Below the pieces are notes generated by a model. It saw only the letters and a list, made by a program, of their open reading frames with translations. It made no database searches and was not told the DNA's origin. A DNA stretch of 64,000 bases from a virus, in the IMG/VR virus record IMGVR_UViG_3300042991_000236, positions 2,882 to 66,881 of that record. The stretch is one strand, 5' to 3'. The position numbers and the translations under genes are program-made. How positions within the stretch are numbered: position 1 is the stretch's first letter; every line of letters starts with the position of its first letter. Shown here one piece after another: positions 46,390 to 55,937 of this stretch.

Positions 46390-46764
46390 TTAGATTTTGA
46401 TGAATGATGCTTTGACTTTCTCGATGAGAGAGACGACATCCGGGCTGTCCATCTGTGCTATGACCAGAGCATTGAAGATCTCATTGTCATACCGGTAAGG
46501 AACATTTACTTCAGTCTGATTCTTACGCATTGACCTGGTAATATCACTTACTGTCAGCTTGGTCAGATCAGTATGCTTGCGAGCAATATACTCACGAAGG
46601 GCATTGTTCATAGTTTTAACAGCTTTGATGGCCAATACAGCTGCAGGTTTATTCTGCTCATCCTGGATTATATCCAGTTCTTTCTGTTTACTCTCAGCAG
46701 CCTCCTTCAGTTCAGATATGATACGAGCAGACAATGCAACCAGTTCTGTTTTATTCAATTTCAT
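46390..46764 (-). CDS. Hypothetical protein
   Basis: AAGGAG RBS. Confidence 0.55.
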   Translation of the reverse strand: MKLNKTELVALSARIISELKEAAESKQKELDIIQDEQNKPAAVLAIKAVKTMNNALREYIARKHTDLTKLTVSDITRSMRKNQTEVNVPYRYDNEIFNALVIAQMDSPDVVSLIEKVKASFIKI

Positions 46765-46896
46765 TTGTTTCTCCTTGGTTATTTGATTTGGTTTATCGCC
46801 TTGCTGCCTACGGGATTTCCTCACTCATAATTAAAGTACCGTCGCTGGAAGCTCGGGTACTTTAATTCTTCGCTCGAAAATACCTACGGCAGCCGG

Positions 46897-47094
46897 CTAG
46901 GAATAGTAACAGATCAAATGAGTGGCATCTTTAGGTATGTCTTCTACCTTAATAATAACCTCATATTTGCTGTCAATTATGGTAGGAATATCGACCATGT
47001 TTTCTTTGTCACATGTATCCACACTAGGACAAATCTCAAAGTTGTCATTCTCAAGAAGTTTCAACTCTTTTACACCTACTACCCAAACATCCAT
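46897..47094 (-). CDS. Hypothetical protein
   Basis: Short ORF in operon. Confidence 0.45.
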   Translation of the reverse strand: MDVWVVGVKELKLLENDNFEICPSVDTCDKENMVDIPTIIDSKYEVIIKVEDIPKDATHLICYYS

Positions 47095-47125
47095 TCCTAT
47101 GACACACCCCTTTATTAAAGTTTAT

Positions 47126-47803
47126 TTAAAAAATCTCGGAGGCAACCGCATGTGCCCAGTCTCTAATCGCAGGAACTTGAAGAAGTTCTTTCTTACGCTT
47201 GAGAGCTGCACGAATCGATGTGGTACCGAATTCAAGTGGGAGCCTCTGTATGTACTTCATCAGAGCATCAGCACCCGCCTCGTCGATATATGACGCAACC
47301 ATGTGGGATAGTGCATAAAGCAGAGCTGGATCTTCAGGTATGGTCATTCCTGTAGGATCTCTTTTGATGTCATTAATATTTGGCAGTGAAGAGCAGTAGC
47401 TCAGGTATGCATTGAACTCGTGAGCTATGCCGGCTGACAAGGTACCGATGAGAATGTCGAGAAGACCTGGAGTTACATCTTTCCCCTTGATCAGCTTAGA
47501 GGCAAATTCCCAAGTCCTGGGGCATGCAAAGGTAGAGTCATTATGATTTGGATCAAAGTTGTGAAGATGTTCAGGTCGGCCTTCCATATAGCTGACGATT
47601 CGGTGATCGATTCCGTTACCGGTAGCCCACTCAATCCAGAGGCGCGCATCAACATCGAGTTCAAGATGAACCAAGCGTGATTGCATAGCTGTGCTCATGC
47701 GATTGACTATGGCGCCATCTGAAGCTTTGTTGCCAGCGCAGACTATCGCTACATTCTTATGTAGATGGTGGACACCTACCATTCTGTCTAATACTAATTT
47801 ATA
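47126..47803 (-). CDS. MoxR-like AAA ATPase (N4 gp24-like), exon 2
   Basis: YKLVLDR..CAGN..AMQSRLVH..CPRTW; in frame with exon 1 after splicing. Confidence 0.88.
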   Translation of the reverse strand, partial: YKLVLDRMVGVHHLHKNVAIVCAGNKASDGAIVNRMSTAMQSRLVHLELDVDARLWIEWATGNGIDHRIVSYMEGRPEHLHNFDPNHNDSTFACPRTWEFASKLIKGKDVTPGLLDILIGTLSAGIAHEFNAYLSYCSSLPNINDIKRDPTGMTIPEDPALLYALSHMVASYIDEAGADALMKYIQRLPLEFGTTSIRAALKRKKELLQVPAIRDWAHAVASEIF

Positions 47804-48672
47804 CCTTATGTTCAATTGAGGTCGTTATTCTCAATTCGCACCATTACGTGCAGCTACATATTTCTATGCAGAGCAGACTATATCAACCTCTTCAGCGCAT
47901 CTGTTAAGAGGGTTACCGTTTCGAGCCACTTGGCCCTACTCCCTTTCGGGATAGTCGTTGGACATTTAAGGAAAATTACGATTACGTGAAGTATCATTTA
48001 TATTATCTAAAAGAGTATCGACATAATGGGCAGCTTCTTCTTCTGTATGGAAAGTTTTCCATCCATAAGAACTTTTTCCATCATGTCTGATAGATGCAGC
48101 CCATCGTTTACACGCTTTTGGATTTTTCACGTAAGTTACATTATTAAATCTCGATTTACCCATCTTAGTTTTTAAACCAGTTCTTACTGCATGTAACTGA
48201 TTATGAGAACCATTGGATATTTCTAAATTGGTGGCAGCATTGTTTTGCTTGTTACCATCAATATGATTCAATTCAGTACTTTGACAAAAATTTGGTATAA
48301 ATGCTGTAGCAACCAATTGATGAACAGAAAATGTTTTAGGATTATCACCTAATGACAAGCCAATTATAGAATAACCACGACGATTTATTTGTTGTCGAAG
48401 TATCTTACCATTCACCATTTTTACACAATTGTTTCTACATAAAACTTGTCTGGTTACGCTACGAATATTTCCTAGATTTGATACTTCGTACATACCAGTA
48501 AAGTCTTTAACATCTTTCCAAATTTCAGTCATAAATTCTCCTATTTAGTAACGGATTGTCTTTATGCTTGTACTGTACTATAAACTAATACAGGCGTCTA
48601 CAAGATAATAAGAGTTCCCCATTTTAGGTAACTTTAGACCCAGGATTTCTCCTGTGAATGCCTATGTTGTTA
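47804..48672 (-). mobile_element. Group I self-splicing intron (IA-like) carrying a homing endonuclease
   Basis: 5' exon ends in U with P1 GCU/U..AGGC; core CAACGACTATCCCGAAAGGGAGTAG and GATATAGTCT; terminal G; splicing restores VQAAA|YKLVLDR. Confidence 0.88.
47966..48532 (-). CDS. Intron-encoded NUMOD4-HNH(-AP2) endonuclease
   Basis: EIWKDV..YEVSNLG.IRS; VHQLVA.AF..NHIDGNK.NN..NLE. Confidence 0.9.
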   Translation of the reverse strand: MTEIWKDVKDFTGMYEVSNLGNIRSVTRQVLCRNNCVKMVNGKILRQQINRRGYSIIGLSLGDNPKTFSVHQLVATAFIPNFCQSTELNHIDGNKQNNAATNLEISNGSHNQLHAVRTGLKTKMGKSRFNNVTYVKNPKACKRWAASIRHDGKSSYGWKTFHTEEEAAHYVDTLLDNINDTSRNRNFP

Positions 48673-49002
48673 AGCGGCTGCTTGCACGGCCAGAGGAGCT
48701 GATGGGAATTCATCCAAGAATAGCAACCAGCCATCATAACCTGGTGGTGGTGTGTCCAGACCCTGGAGAGGGAAGTGAGCTGGCGGAGCATAGCCCATAC
48801 GAGCACCGTCATGCGTAGGGAATCCGCAGAGATCCGTTGGGTCACACTGGGACAGTCGAAGATCGATAACCCAAAGTTTGAACTGTTTGGCTATGAATCG
48901 TAGGATGTCCGATTTACCAATTCCAGGTGAACCAATAATATTAGGTACAAGACCAGCTGCCAGAATTTCTACTACTGCTTCTTGTAAAGCTTTTGCGTTC
49001 AT
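48673..49002 (-). CDS. MoxR-like AAA ATPase, exon 1
   Basis: GSPGIGKS, IDLRLSQ.DPTDL.GFP, LFLDE. Confidence 0.88.
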
Positions 49003-49358
49003 TTGTTCAATTTCTCCTTATGTAAATATTTGTATAGTTCACTAGCAAAACAATCTGGATTTATATAATCAGAGGGCAGACAAACATTATTTTGTACAAA
49101 AAAATATTCATCATCTGGTGGAGCTAAACACCAAAGGGACATAACGAAAAGTTTCCACCAATCTTGTGTTTGAGACCATCTCCAAAGTTTTCCAAAACCA
49201 GACCATGAGGAAAAAGTGTGATTCTCCACGTCAAAATCAAAATAACGTGGATCGTTGTTTCTTCCACAATGTTTACAATCAGTTTGACCTGGACCTGATT
49301 CATGCCAGCATTCACCCATAGCTTCAGTTAGAAACTTATCTCTTTTCTGGTTCATCAC
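48999..49358 (-). CDS. Hypothetical protein
   Basis: ATGA overlap; Cys/His/Trp-rich. Confidence 0.55.
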   Translation of the reverse strand: MMNQKRDKFLTEAMGECWHESGPGQTDCKHCGRNNDPRYFDFDVENHTFSSWSGFGKLWRWSQTQDWWKLFVMSLWCLAPPDDEYFFVQNNVCLPSDYINPDCFASELYKYLHKEKLNK

Positions 49359-49501
49359 TTATCCTTTTAAATTCCCATGTGAAATAACATCCACCATGAC
49401 AAACTCTTATTGCTTTGTACCCTGGTGGTACTCTTGGTGGGGTTGATTGTTGTTTTCTTAAAATTTGATTCTGAATCATACATACTCCTTTTGTACAAAA
49501 C

Positions 49502-49514
49502 TCGCCGGAGGCGA
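49502..49514 (-). promoter_or_regulatory. Template-strand GGA-triloop hairpin, promoter candidate
   Basis: + strand TTGTACAAAAC-TCGCC-GGA-GGCGA, intergenic. Confidence 0.6.
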
Positions 49515-49742
49515 TTACTCCTCTGGAACTACTGATTGGATTTTACATCCACAATGTCGGGATCTGCCCTCACGTAGAGAGGCGTACCACATATCTTTTT
49601 CAACACCGCAGAGACATTTAGCCAGAACATAGCCTTTCTTGTTGGAATGGCCGATTACAGTCCAGGCATAGTACATTTCACCTACTCGATTCTTTCTACA
49701 ACTGTCTGGTGCTAGTGCTCCCCATCGTTTAGAGGATCCCAT
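49515..49742 (-). CDS. Small protein resembling the N-terminal Zn domain of HNH-AP2 endonucleases
   Basis: WTVIG..KCLCG.EK..LREGRSRHCGC, similar to N-terminus of 55934..56605. Confidence 0.5.
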   Translation of the reverse strand: MGSSKRWGALAPDSCRKNRVGEMYYAWTVIGHSNKKGYVLAKCLCGVEKDMWYASLREGRSRHCGCKIQSVVPEE

Positions 49743-49923
49743 CACGCCACCCAATCCTTTTTGAAATCTCAGGTGTAAACCAGCCTTTTGATATAAAAGA
49801 ATCCCGGAAGTATGTACCAGTGTCTCCTTGAAGCAAAGGTTCACCTGGTTTAGCAAACCGCCATATACGAGCCATTTCTTCTTGAGTCATGGCATCTATT
49901 ATTGCTTTCTGTTCAGGTGTCAT
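49729..49923 (-). CDS. Conserved small hypothetical protein
   Basis: IDAM..WRFA.PG.P..G.YF..TPEISK.IGW. Confidence 0.6.
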   Translation of the reverse strand: MTPEQKAIIDAMTQEEMARIWRFAKPGEPLLQGDTGTYFRDSFISKGWFTPEISKRIGWRDGIL

Positions 49924-51065
49924 TCACCCTCCCCGGTAAACCGTAGGAGTTTGTTGAAGTCAGTATCCAGATCTGTAGCCACATCAGTTGTACCTTCATA
50001 TTGAGGCTGAAATAAGGATCCACCCTCATAGTAATACTTGTAGCGGATCTCAACATAATCTCCTACCAGGGGCATATCATAGTTAGCCGGTATAGTTACA
50101 TTACCAACATCAACCCAATGATGCGCTTGTGAATTCCAGCAGATCAGAGCGACACTTCGTTTCCCCTCTGTAATACTGACTACCCGGGCCTGTGTATGCT
50201 GCCAGAAGATGACTTTAAGTTGATCACCTAAGCGGTTAGGTCTTCCTGGCTTATGGATTGCATCCAGTCGTTTGAATACAACTCCCTCACCACCATTGGC
50301 TTTGACCTTATCCCAGAGTCTCTGTTTAGCTCTGGTTCCCTCATAGAGAGGAATAATCTCTGTTGAGGCATTCCCATATTGAATATGGAAATTAACCAAT
50401 GCATTAAATCTCTGCCGGTAAGTGATGTCCTTGTAGGAGTATTGGTTATATCTGAGGATATCAAAGATATACAGCTTGCTGCCGATAGCCTCACCATCCA
50501 GTTGTAGACTGTCTACCGGTTTCCTGAAGGTAACAAATGTAGGAATCAAGAAACCAAGCTTATTGGCTGCCCGAGGCTCTTTATTTACCAAATCAATTAA
50601 GACTGTATGGCGCCTACCATTCTTCTTCTCTTGAGCTCCCCAAGCATCGTCATTGATGTACTGTTGAGCCTCTTCTTCAGAAATCTCGTTGAGGAGCTGA
50701 GGTAAAAAGCCGGAAGGGATTTTCTCCGTACGCCGGGTAGAAGTGTCAGTAACACTAAGCAGCACATCATTTTTCATGATGGCCGTTACAGTAGTATCTC
50801 CGGAGCCTGGGTCTACAGTAATTCTATGCCCCCAGATATTACCGCTGATACCATCAGCTATCTGGTAACCCTTGTTGAGCTTTTCCATGAATTTCTTCTG
50901 GAATTCGGTTGCAGCCTTTACTTCGCTGGCAAGTGTTTGTTTGGATATATTCAATCCAGAACCGCGGCGGCCGTAAGCAACATGAAGATCTGCTCCGTTC
51001 TGTAGAAGATGATAGACCTTATCAGATCCCCCACCGGTGAAATGTAAATCAGCTTTCTGTGTCAT
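49920..51065 (-). CDS. ATP-dependent DNA ligase with N-terminal WGR-like domain
   Basis: SDKVY..YGRRG; motif I QEKKNGRR, LDGE, FDIL, EGVVFK; C-terminal OB-like. Confidence 0.8.
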   Translation of the reverse strand: MTQKADLHFTGGGSDKVYHLLQNGADLHVAYGRRGSGLNISKQTLASEVKAATEFQKKFMEKLNKGYQIADGISGNIWGHRITVDPGSGDTTVTAIMKNDVLLSVTDTSTRRTEKIPSGFLPQLLNEISEEEAQQYINDDAWGAQEKKNGRRHTVLIDLVNKEPRAANKLGFLIPTFVTFRKPVDSLQLDGEAIGSKLYIFDILRYNQYSYKDITYRQRFNALVNFHIQYGNASTEIIPLYEGTRAKQRLWDKVKANGGEGVVFKRLDAIHKPGRPNRLGDQLKVIFWQHTQARVVSITEGKRSVALICWNSQAHHWVDVGNVTIPANYDMPLVGDYVEIRYKYYYEGGSLFQPQYEGTTDVATDLDTDFNKLLRFTGEGE

Positions 51066-51067
51066 GG

Positions 51068-51253
51068 TTATCTCCTGTATTTGTCTTCATTTCTTATTGC
51101 GAACATGATTGCTTGATCTCTGGATCTGAAACTGGCGACATTTTTTCCGTTAAGCATGTCTACAAAATAGACAGTATGATAATTACCAGACCGATCTTGC
51201 ATGATATCGGTTGGCTCAACCTGGAGTGATTTGTTTTTGAAGATGATGTTCAT
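51068..51253 (-). CDS. Hypothetical protein
   Basis: ATGA overlap. Confidence 0.5.
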   Translation of the reverse strand: MNIIFKNKSLQVEPTDIMQDRSGNYHTVYFVDMLNGKNVASFRSRDQAIMFAIRNEDKYRR

Positions 51254-52026
51254 AAATTTCTATGGCCTTTTTCAGGCATGAGTGCATTCTTGTAACAACC
51301 GGACCAATCGAGAGCTTGTTCCCAATCATCAGTTGGTTCTGTCCAACTTCGTTTAAAATGCTTAGGGTTTATTTTACCGTTGTAGTGTAAATGCCCATCT
51401 CTAACATGTCCAAGTAATGGTGCATCAGGACATGAGCATGCTCTAATATCTCCCCAAGGTTTGATCATAAAACCACCACAACATTCATCAACCATGCCTA
51501 AGCCTTTACGCTTGGCTCGACCGATATTCATGATTTGTGGTACCTGAGACACATCCCTGGTTTTAAATGGAGAGCTAGATATTTGATTTCTTTTAGTGAA
51601 GAACTCACGAATTTCTGTTTTCTGGCGTTTATGCCAGTAGTCAATACTTAAGTCGATAGACACAGCCCAGCTGCTGTATATTTCATTCATCTCACTAGCA
51701 AAATCAATCATGTCCCAGACTTTCTTGGTGGCCAATCCATTTGTAGCAAACCAGATAGATGCCTGATTATCCATACCAAGGATTAGTTCAATCATCTGTT
51801 TGATTCTCGGATGCATTAATGGTTCACCACCACCAAAGGTGTAATACTGATCATCTCGAAGAAATTTCATTGTATCCAGAAATGTTCCCCAATCCATATG
51901 TGAACCTACACCAGGCCGGCAACCAAAAGCGCAGTGATTGCAAGCTTGATTACACTTTGTTGTTATTTGAATATAACTTGCCACGTCTATCTCCTTATTC
52001 AGGAGATAGTATCTCCTGTGGTTCAA
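51250..52026 (-). CDS. Radical SAM protein
   Basis: CNQACNHC, FGGGEPL, TNG, SID; C-terminal Cys cluster. Confidence 0.88.
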   Translation of the reverse strand: MNHRRYYLLNKEIDVASYIQITTKCNQACNHCAFGCRPGVGSHMDWGTFLDTMKFLRDDQYYTFGGGEPLMHPRIKQMIELILGMDNQASIWFATNGLATKKVWDMIDFASEMNEIYSSWAVSIDLSIDYWHKRQKTEIREFFTKRNQISSSPFKTRDVSQVPQIMNIGRAKRKGLGMVDECCGGFMIKPWGDIRACSCPDAPLLGHVRDGHLHYNGKINPKHFKRSWTEPTDDWEQALDWSGCYKNALMPEKGHRNL

Positions 52027-52249
52027 TGATTACGTTATGGTATGTGCGATGCCCTTTTAGTACAGGCATATCGTGATGAAGTGAACGTATGGTATATGTC
52101 TCACCTGGCGCCCAGTCTTTGGATATCTCATTAATAAGAATCCGATCGATAATGAGCTTACCTTTGTTTCGGTAGAGCCGACAGTGAATGTACTTGGTTC
52201 CCCTACGAATGACTGTATAGGTGGCAATGTAATTCGTATGCGTGATCAT
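51995..52249 (-). CDS. Hypothetical protein
   Basis: ATGA overlap; GAGG RBS. Confidence 0.5.
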   Translation of the reverse strand: MITHTNYIATYTVIRRGTKYIHCRLYRNKGKLIIDRILINEISKDWAPGETYTIRSLHHDMPVLKGHRTYHNVIIEPQEILSPE

Positions 52250-52482
52250 AGATCCTCTTTTATGAAGACAGGGATATCCAGCTTCTGAGCAATAGCTCTA
52301 CATTCCCAGCAGGGCTCTGATCCCCAGCCACGAATGGCATTCATCTTGCGATCGATTGCTTGAGACTTGGCTGTTCTTTTAAATCCAGCCAGGTCATGAA
52401 CACCTGAATCCATAAGATGCAATAGCTCTCTCTTATTCAGGGCATGGAATGGATGTTTCTGTTTTGCCATCTTCCACCTCAA
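52246..52482 (-). CDS. Hypothetical protein
   Basis: EPCWEC motif. Confidence 0.55.
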   Translation of the reverse strand: MRWKMAKQKHPFHALNKRELLHLMDSGVHDLAGFKRTAKSQAIDRKMNAIRGWGSEPCWECRAIAQKLDIPVFIKEDL

Positions 52483-52587
52483 TTATTTCATATTTGACTA
52501 AGGGCTCACCGTACTTAGCGATGTACTTCTGAAGGATGTCATAATCTCCATCTTCAGTTCCTGTCGGCCAATGGTATCTGACTTTCT

Positions 52588-52812
52588 TCATCTCATTCTC
52601 CTGTAGCCTGGGTGTTCTGATTCACTGTATTTGATACTAGTATCTGGGCTACATGGATTAAACCACCCCATACTTGGAGGATGAAATGCACATACCCAGG
52701 CACTGATGAATTTGGTGATCAGGTGTAGATCTGAAGTTCTGCAGCCAATAGTTTTAGCCAGCTGAACTACATTGTAGAGCTTAGCTCCACCAGGTATGAT
52801 TTCGAACATCAC
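52588..52812 (-). CDS. Hypothetical protein
   Basis: GTGA overlap; GAGGAG RBS. Confidence 0.45.
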   Translation of the reverse strand: MMFEIIPGGAKLYNVVQLAKTIGCRTSDLHLITKFISAWVCAFHPPSMGWFNPCSPDTSIKYSESEHPGYRRMR

Positions 52813-52991
52813 TCTCCTCGTTTCTTAGCTTCATTGATACAGTTTTGACATTCTTGTTCAGGATCCAAAACTGTACATACTGTATGAGCTCCCATGAATG
52901 ACATAAGATTTATCAGTTTAGTAGCATGGTCATCACAACATGCTGTTATACCCGAGGGTGTATGAACGAATTTGGTAGCAGGATATTTCAT
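52809..52991 (-). CDS. Small Cys-rich protein
   Basis: CC..H, C..C; AGGAG RBS. Confidence 0.55.
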   Translation of the reverse strand: MKYPATKFVHTPSGITACCDDHATKLINLMSFMGAHTVCTVLDPEQECQNCINEAKKRGE

Positions 52992-52999
52992 AATTACTC

Positions 53000-53362
53000 C
53001 TAGAAAGGATTGATTTTAGGGAAGTACCCTTGACGGATCCTGGTTTCCCATTCACCGCATGTAATGGCGCTGAGCATAGTAAGGTGAGTGTCTATGGTTT
53101 TTCGTCCAATGTGAACGATATATCGACCTTTTACTTTTTCAATATTGACGTTGGGCAGTTCAGCTCCATACCAGAGGAAACCAAGTAATTCAGTTCTACC
53201 ATCTGCGTATTTATTTCTTTTGGCTTTAACCTCTCTAACTGTCCAATTGGTTCGTAACCTGGCATGACCTAACTGCATTTGTTTCCTCCTCATGTTCGTA
53301 CCAGAATCTACGTTTATAACAGCAATCCCGGGCTTGCTTAAATGTGTTATGTGAAAGATCAC
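53000..53362 (-). CDS. Hypothetical protein (start uncertain)
   Basis: GAGGAGG RBS suggests an internal start at MQLGH. Confidence 0.45.
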   Translation of the reverse strand: MIFHITHLSKPGIAVINVDSGTNMRRKQMQLGHARLRTNWTVREVKAKRNKYADGRTELLGFLWYGAELPNVNIEKVKGRYIVHIGRKTIDTHLTMLSAITCGEWETRIRQGYFPKINPF

Positions 53363-53910
53363 AACGTCGGCATGGGTAGGTTGGATGGCCCATAATATTC
53401 CGTAGTCTATCTTGGGCGGTCATAAAATCTGTAATTTCCCTATTCATCTCATCCTCCGGAGAATGCTTGAAGTACTGTTTGGATCATAATGATCAACAGC
53501 ATTAAGGCGAAGCAACAACAGGCCGTTACTGCAGCCACAAGTTCTTTATTCATACTACCCTCTCTCTTTTTGTTTTCCACATTTTGAGCACTCATACCAA
53601 GTATTGGGAGTTAATGGCTGACCTTTTACAGTCCATTCATGATCACATAACAGTTCTACATAGTTCATTTTCCTGGCTATAAGGTCTTTTGCAACTAAAC
53701 TAAACAAACTCATAAGTTCTCCAGTAGTTAACCTATAAGTTAACTTTTTGACTATCTAAGATACGTGTAGAGTTTGACTCTTTTTGACCAGTTAGGTGTC
53801 AGGGTAGTGTTATGCCCTTTTGGTCAAAAACGTCAAAGTTATGTGTTATGTTTGGGGTGTTTTGAAGGTACTCTTTTCCTGTATAAATATCTACAAGAAA
53901 TTGTGCAACA

Positions 53911-53925
53911 ACAGCCGGAGGCTGT
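53911..53925 (-). promoter_or_regulatory. Template-strand GGA-triloop hairpin, promoter candidate
   Basis: + strand TTGTGCAACA-ACAGCC-GGA-GGCTGT at the head of the middle block. Confidence 0.6.
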
Positions 53926-53987
53926 AAGTCAGGCTGGAGTATAAAAAGTTAACTGCCTACCCAATTAAGGATAGACAGTAGTTAACT

Positions 53988-54650
53988 TTAAGAAAGAATT
54001 TCATGATTGATGTTTGGGATGGTTGAGTAACGCCATTTATAGCCATAAGCATGAGTTCTTAGGTAATTTCTATAAGTCCCGTCAGGTCTCTTTTGTGGTT
54101 GTATCTTTTGATTACAAACATCATGGATATTTATTCTGCATGTTACTCCAAGATGTCTTGCTGCCGCAGCAACTGAGTGAAATCTTTGAATAAAATTACC
54201 ATCCATATCTAGCATATCTACAGCATGATTGTGCTTTGTATTGGTGCCATTAAACGTATCATTGCTATACCGTTGAATGTTCTGTTTAGAAGTACTGAGT
54301 TGGATATTATCCAGTCGATAGCTTATTCGGTCATTAATTCGATCAATAGATGGTTTAATATCTTTTGTATAATCAGAAATTTCCCAAGCTTTAAATAGTT
54401 GATTGAATGCTGGTTGCGCTATAAGCCAAACATGGAGATCTTCGGCTGTATAAGTAGGTGGTGTATACTGTCTCTTTTTAGATATCGCTCGCTGATGTCG
54501 AAGCATCTCTTTTGCCAGTCCTATTGATGTGCGATGATAACGTTTTCGACATTCTTTACATTCGTTTTGTAATCCTAGTAACCCAAAGGAATACTTATGA
54601 AAATTGTCAATTGATAAGTCTTTTTTACAGCATGCACATTGTTTTGTCAT
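53988..54650 (-). CDS. Putative HNH-type homing endonuclease, paralogue of 34913..35506
   Basis: CACC..CKEC, PPTYT, PSIDRIN..Y..NIQL, SVAAAAR..AYGYKWRY. Confidence 0.75.
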   Translation of the reverse strand: MTKQCACCKKDLSIDNFHKYSFGLLGLQNECKECRKRYHRTSIGLAKEMLRHQRAISKKRQYTPPTYTAEDLHVWLIAQPAFNQLFKAWEISDYTKDIKPSIDRINDRISYRLDNIQLSTSKQNIQRYSNDTFNGTNTKHNHAVDMLDMDGNFIQRFHSVAAAARHLGVTCRINIHDVCNQKIQPQKRPDGTYRNYLRTHAYGYKWRYSTIPNINHEILS

Positions 54651-54728
54651 GGCGTCTCCTAAAAAATTTGGTGTACCCTCATAGAGAAGGTACACCATTA
54701 TCATAAAGTATTCAAGTCATAAAGTACT

Positions 54729-55937
54729 CTATGACAAAAAGTATTCTGATTTCATGATCTCGTCACCAAGATTGTTCGAGGCTTTGGTGTAATTGAAGGT
54801 AGGGTCATTCCTTACCTCTCTGATGATCTGTACGCCTACGTTGCTGTCAGCAAGCTCTACGAGGATATCCCTGTAGACCTCTCTCATTTCATTGACGTAA
54901 TTCGGATGGCACTTGAATGCGTCATGGATAGTTAATACAGGGAATGAAGGACGGGTAAGTGTTTCATCGATTAATGCAGAGAGTTCAATTCTGTATCCAA
55001 TCGAGAATTCAAGTACATTGTTCTCTGTAATGAATTCAACTCCACGTAAACTTAAGAATCCATGATCTCTTGCCGAGACTTCAATTGGATGTAAGATCAT
55101 TGGATTGGATGGTTTATTACTGGCATGACCCAAAATACAGTCTACTTCAAGTAATCGAGCACGATCGTAGTTACAGCGTCTGACAGTCTCTCTTACTAGA
55201 AATCCATCAGTGGCGTGAACCATGTTGGCGGCAACCGCAAGACCAAATTCTGAACCAATATTCTCCTCATAAATATATGTCAGTGTGGAATGATCCAGTT
55301 CATCAATCTCGATCTTGGCCTTACATTTCTGTAACACCGGTACACGAGCCTGGAAGCCATCAGGTAGCGTATGACTGTGAACCAAGGCATTAGGTTGCCA
55401 AGATGATAAGAGTTCCTGCATAAGGAAGCATGCTCCAGGAGCTACCAATTCTTGAGCCTTATAGAATGCATAAAGCTCATTGGTTTCCTCACCAAATATC
55501 CTCTTAGGTGTTGCTACAGATCCATAATAATGGGTCATCGTAGCAGATTTAGCATCAGCTCTCGGAACTGTTACATCACTGGGTAACATGGCATTCATGG
55601 CTTTAGTACATTCTCCATACATATCCATTCTCTTGGATCCAATAACACCAGTATTGGAGCTGGTTACATGACAGCCCGTAAGGATGCCAAGGATGGATAT
55701 GCCTGATGCACATGCGTCTAGCTCTACAAGGAAACCTGATGGCCTACCTGCAAGAGCGTCTTCAAGAGCTAATACACCGGCAAGGAACTGAGCAGGTTTC
55801 TCTGCATAGGCAACCTTAGCATGCAGATCCTTAATCGAATCTACCCAAGCTATGCGCTGTTTGAAGGACTTCTTATCAAGTCCGTATTGGTTGGCTATAT
55901 CTATTTTGATGTATTCCAACGCTGAAAAACGTATCAT
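54729..55937 (-). CDS. RNA polymerase II subunit 2 (N4 gp16-like)
   Basis: LDACASG, RADAKSATMTHYYG, ANMVHATD, IHDAF. Confidence 0.92.
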   Translation of the reverse strand: MIRFSALEYIKIDIANQYGLDKKSFKQRIAWVDSIKDLHAKVAYAEKPAQFLAGVLALEDALAGRPSGFLVELDACASGISILGILTGCHVTSSNTGVIGSKRMDMYGECTKAMNAMLPSDVTVPRADAKSATMTHYYGSVATPKRIFGEETNELYAFYKAQELVAPGACFLMQELLSSWQPNALVHSHTLPDGFQARVPVLQKCKAKIEIDELDHSTLTYIYEENIGSEFGLAVAANMVHATDGFLVRETVRRCNYDRARLLEVDCILGHASNKPSNPMILHPIEVSARDHGFLSLRGVEFITENNVLEFSIGYRIELSALIDETLTRPSFPVLTIHDAFKCHPNYVNEMREVYRDILVELADSNVGVQIIREVRNDPTFNYTKASNNLGDEIMKSEYFLS

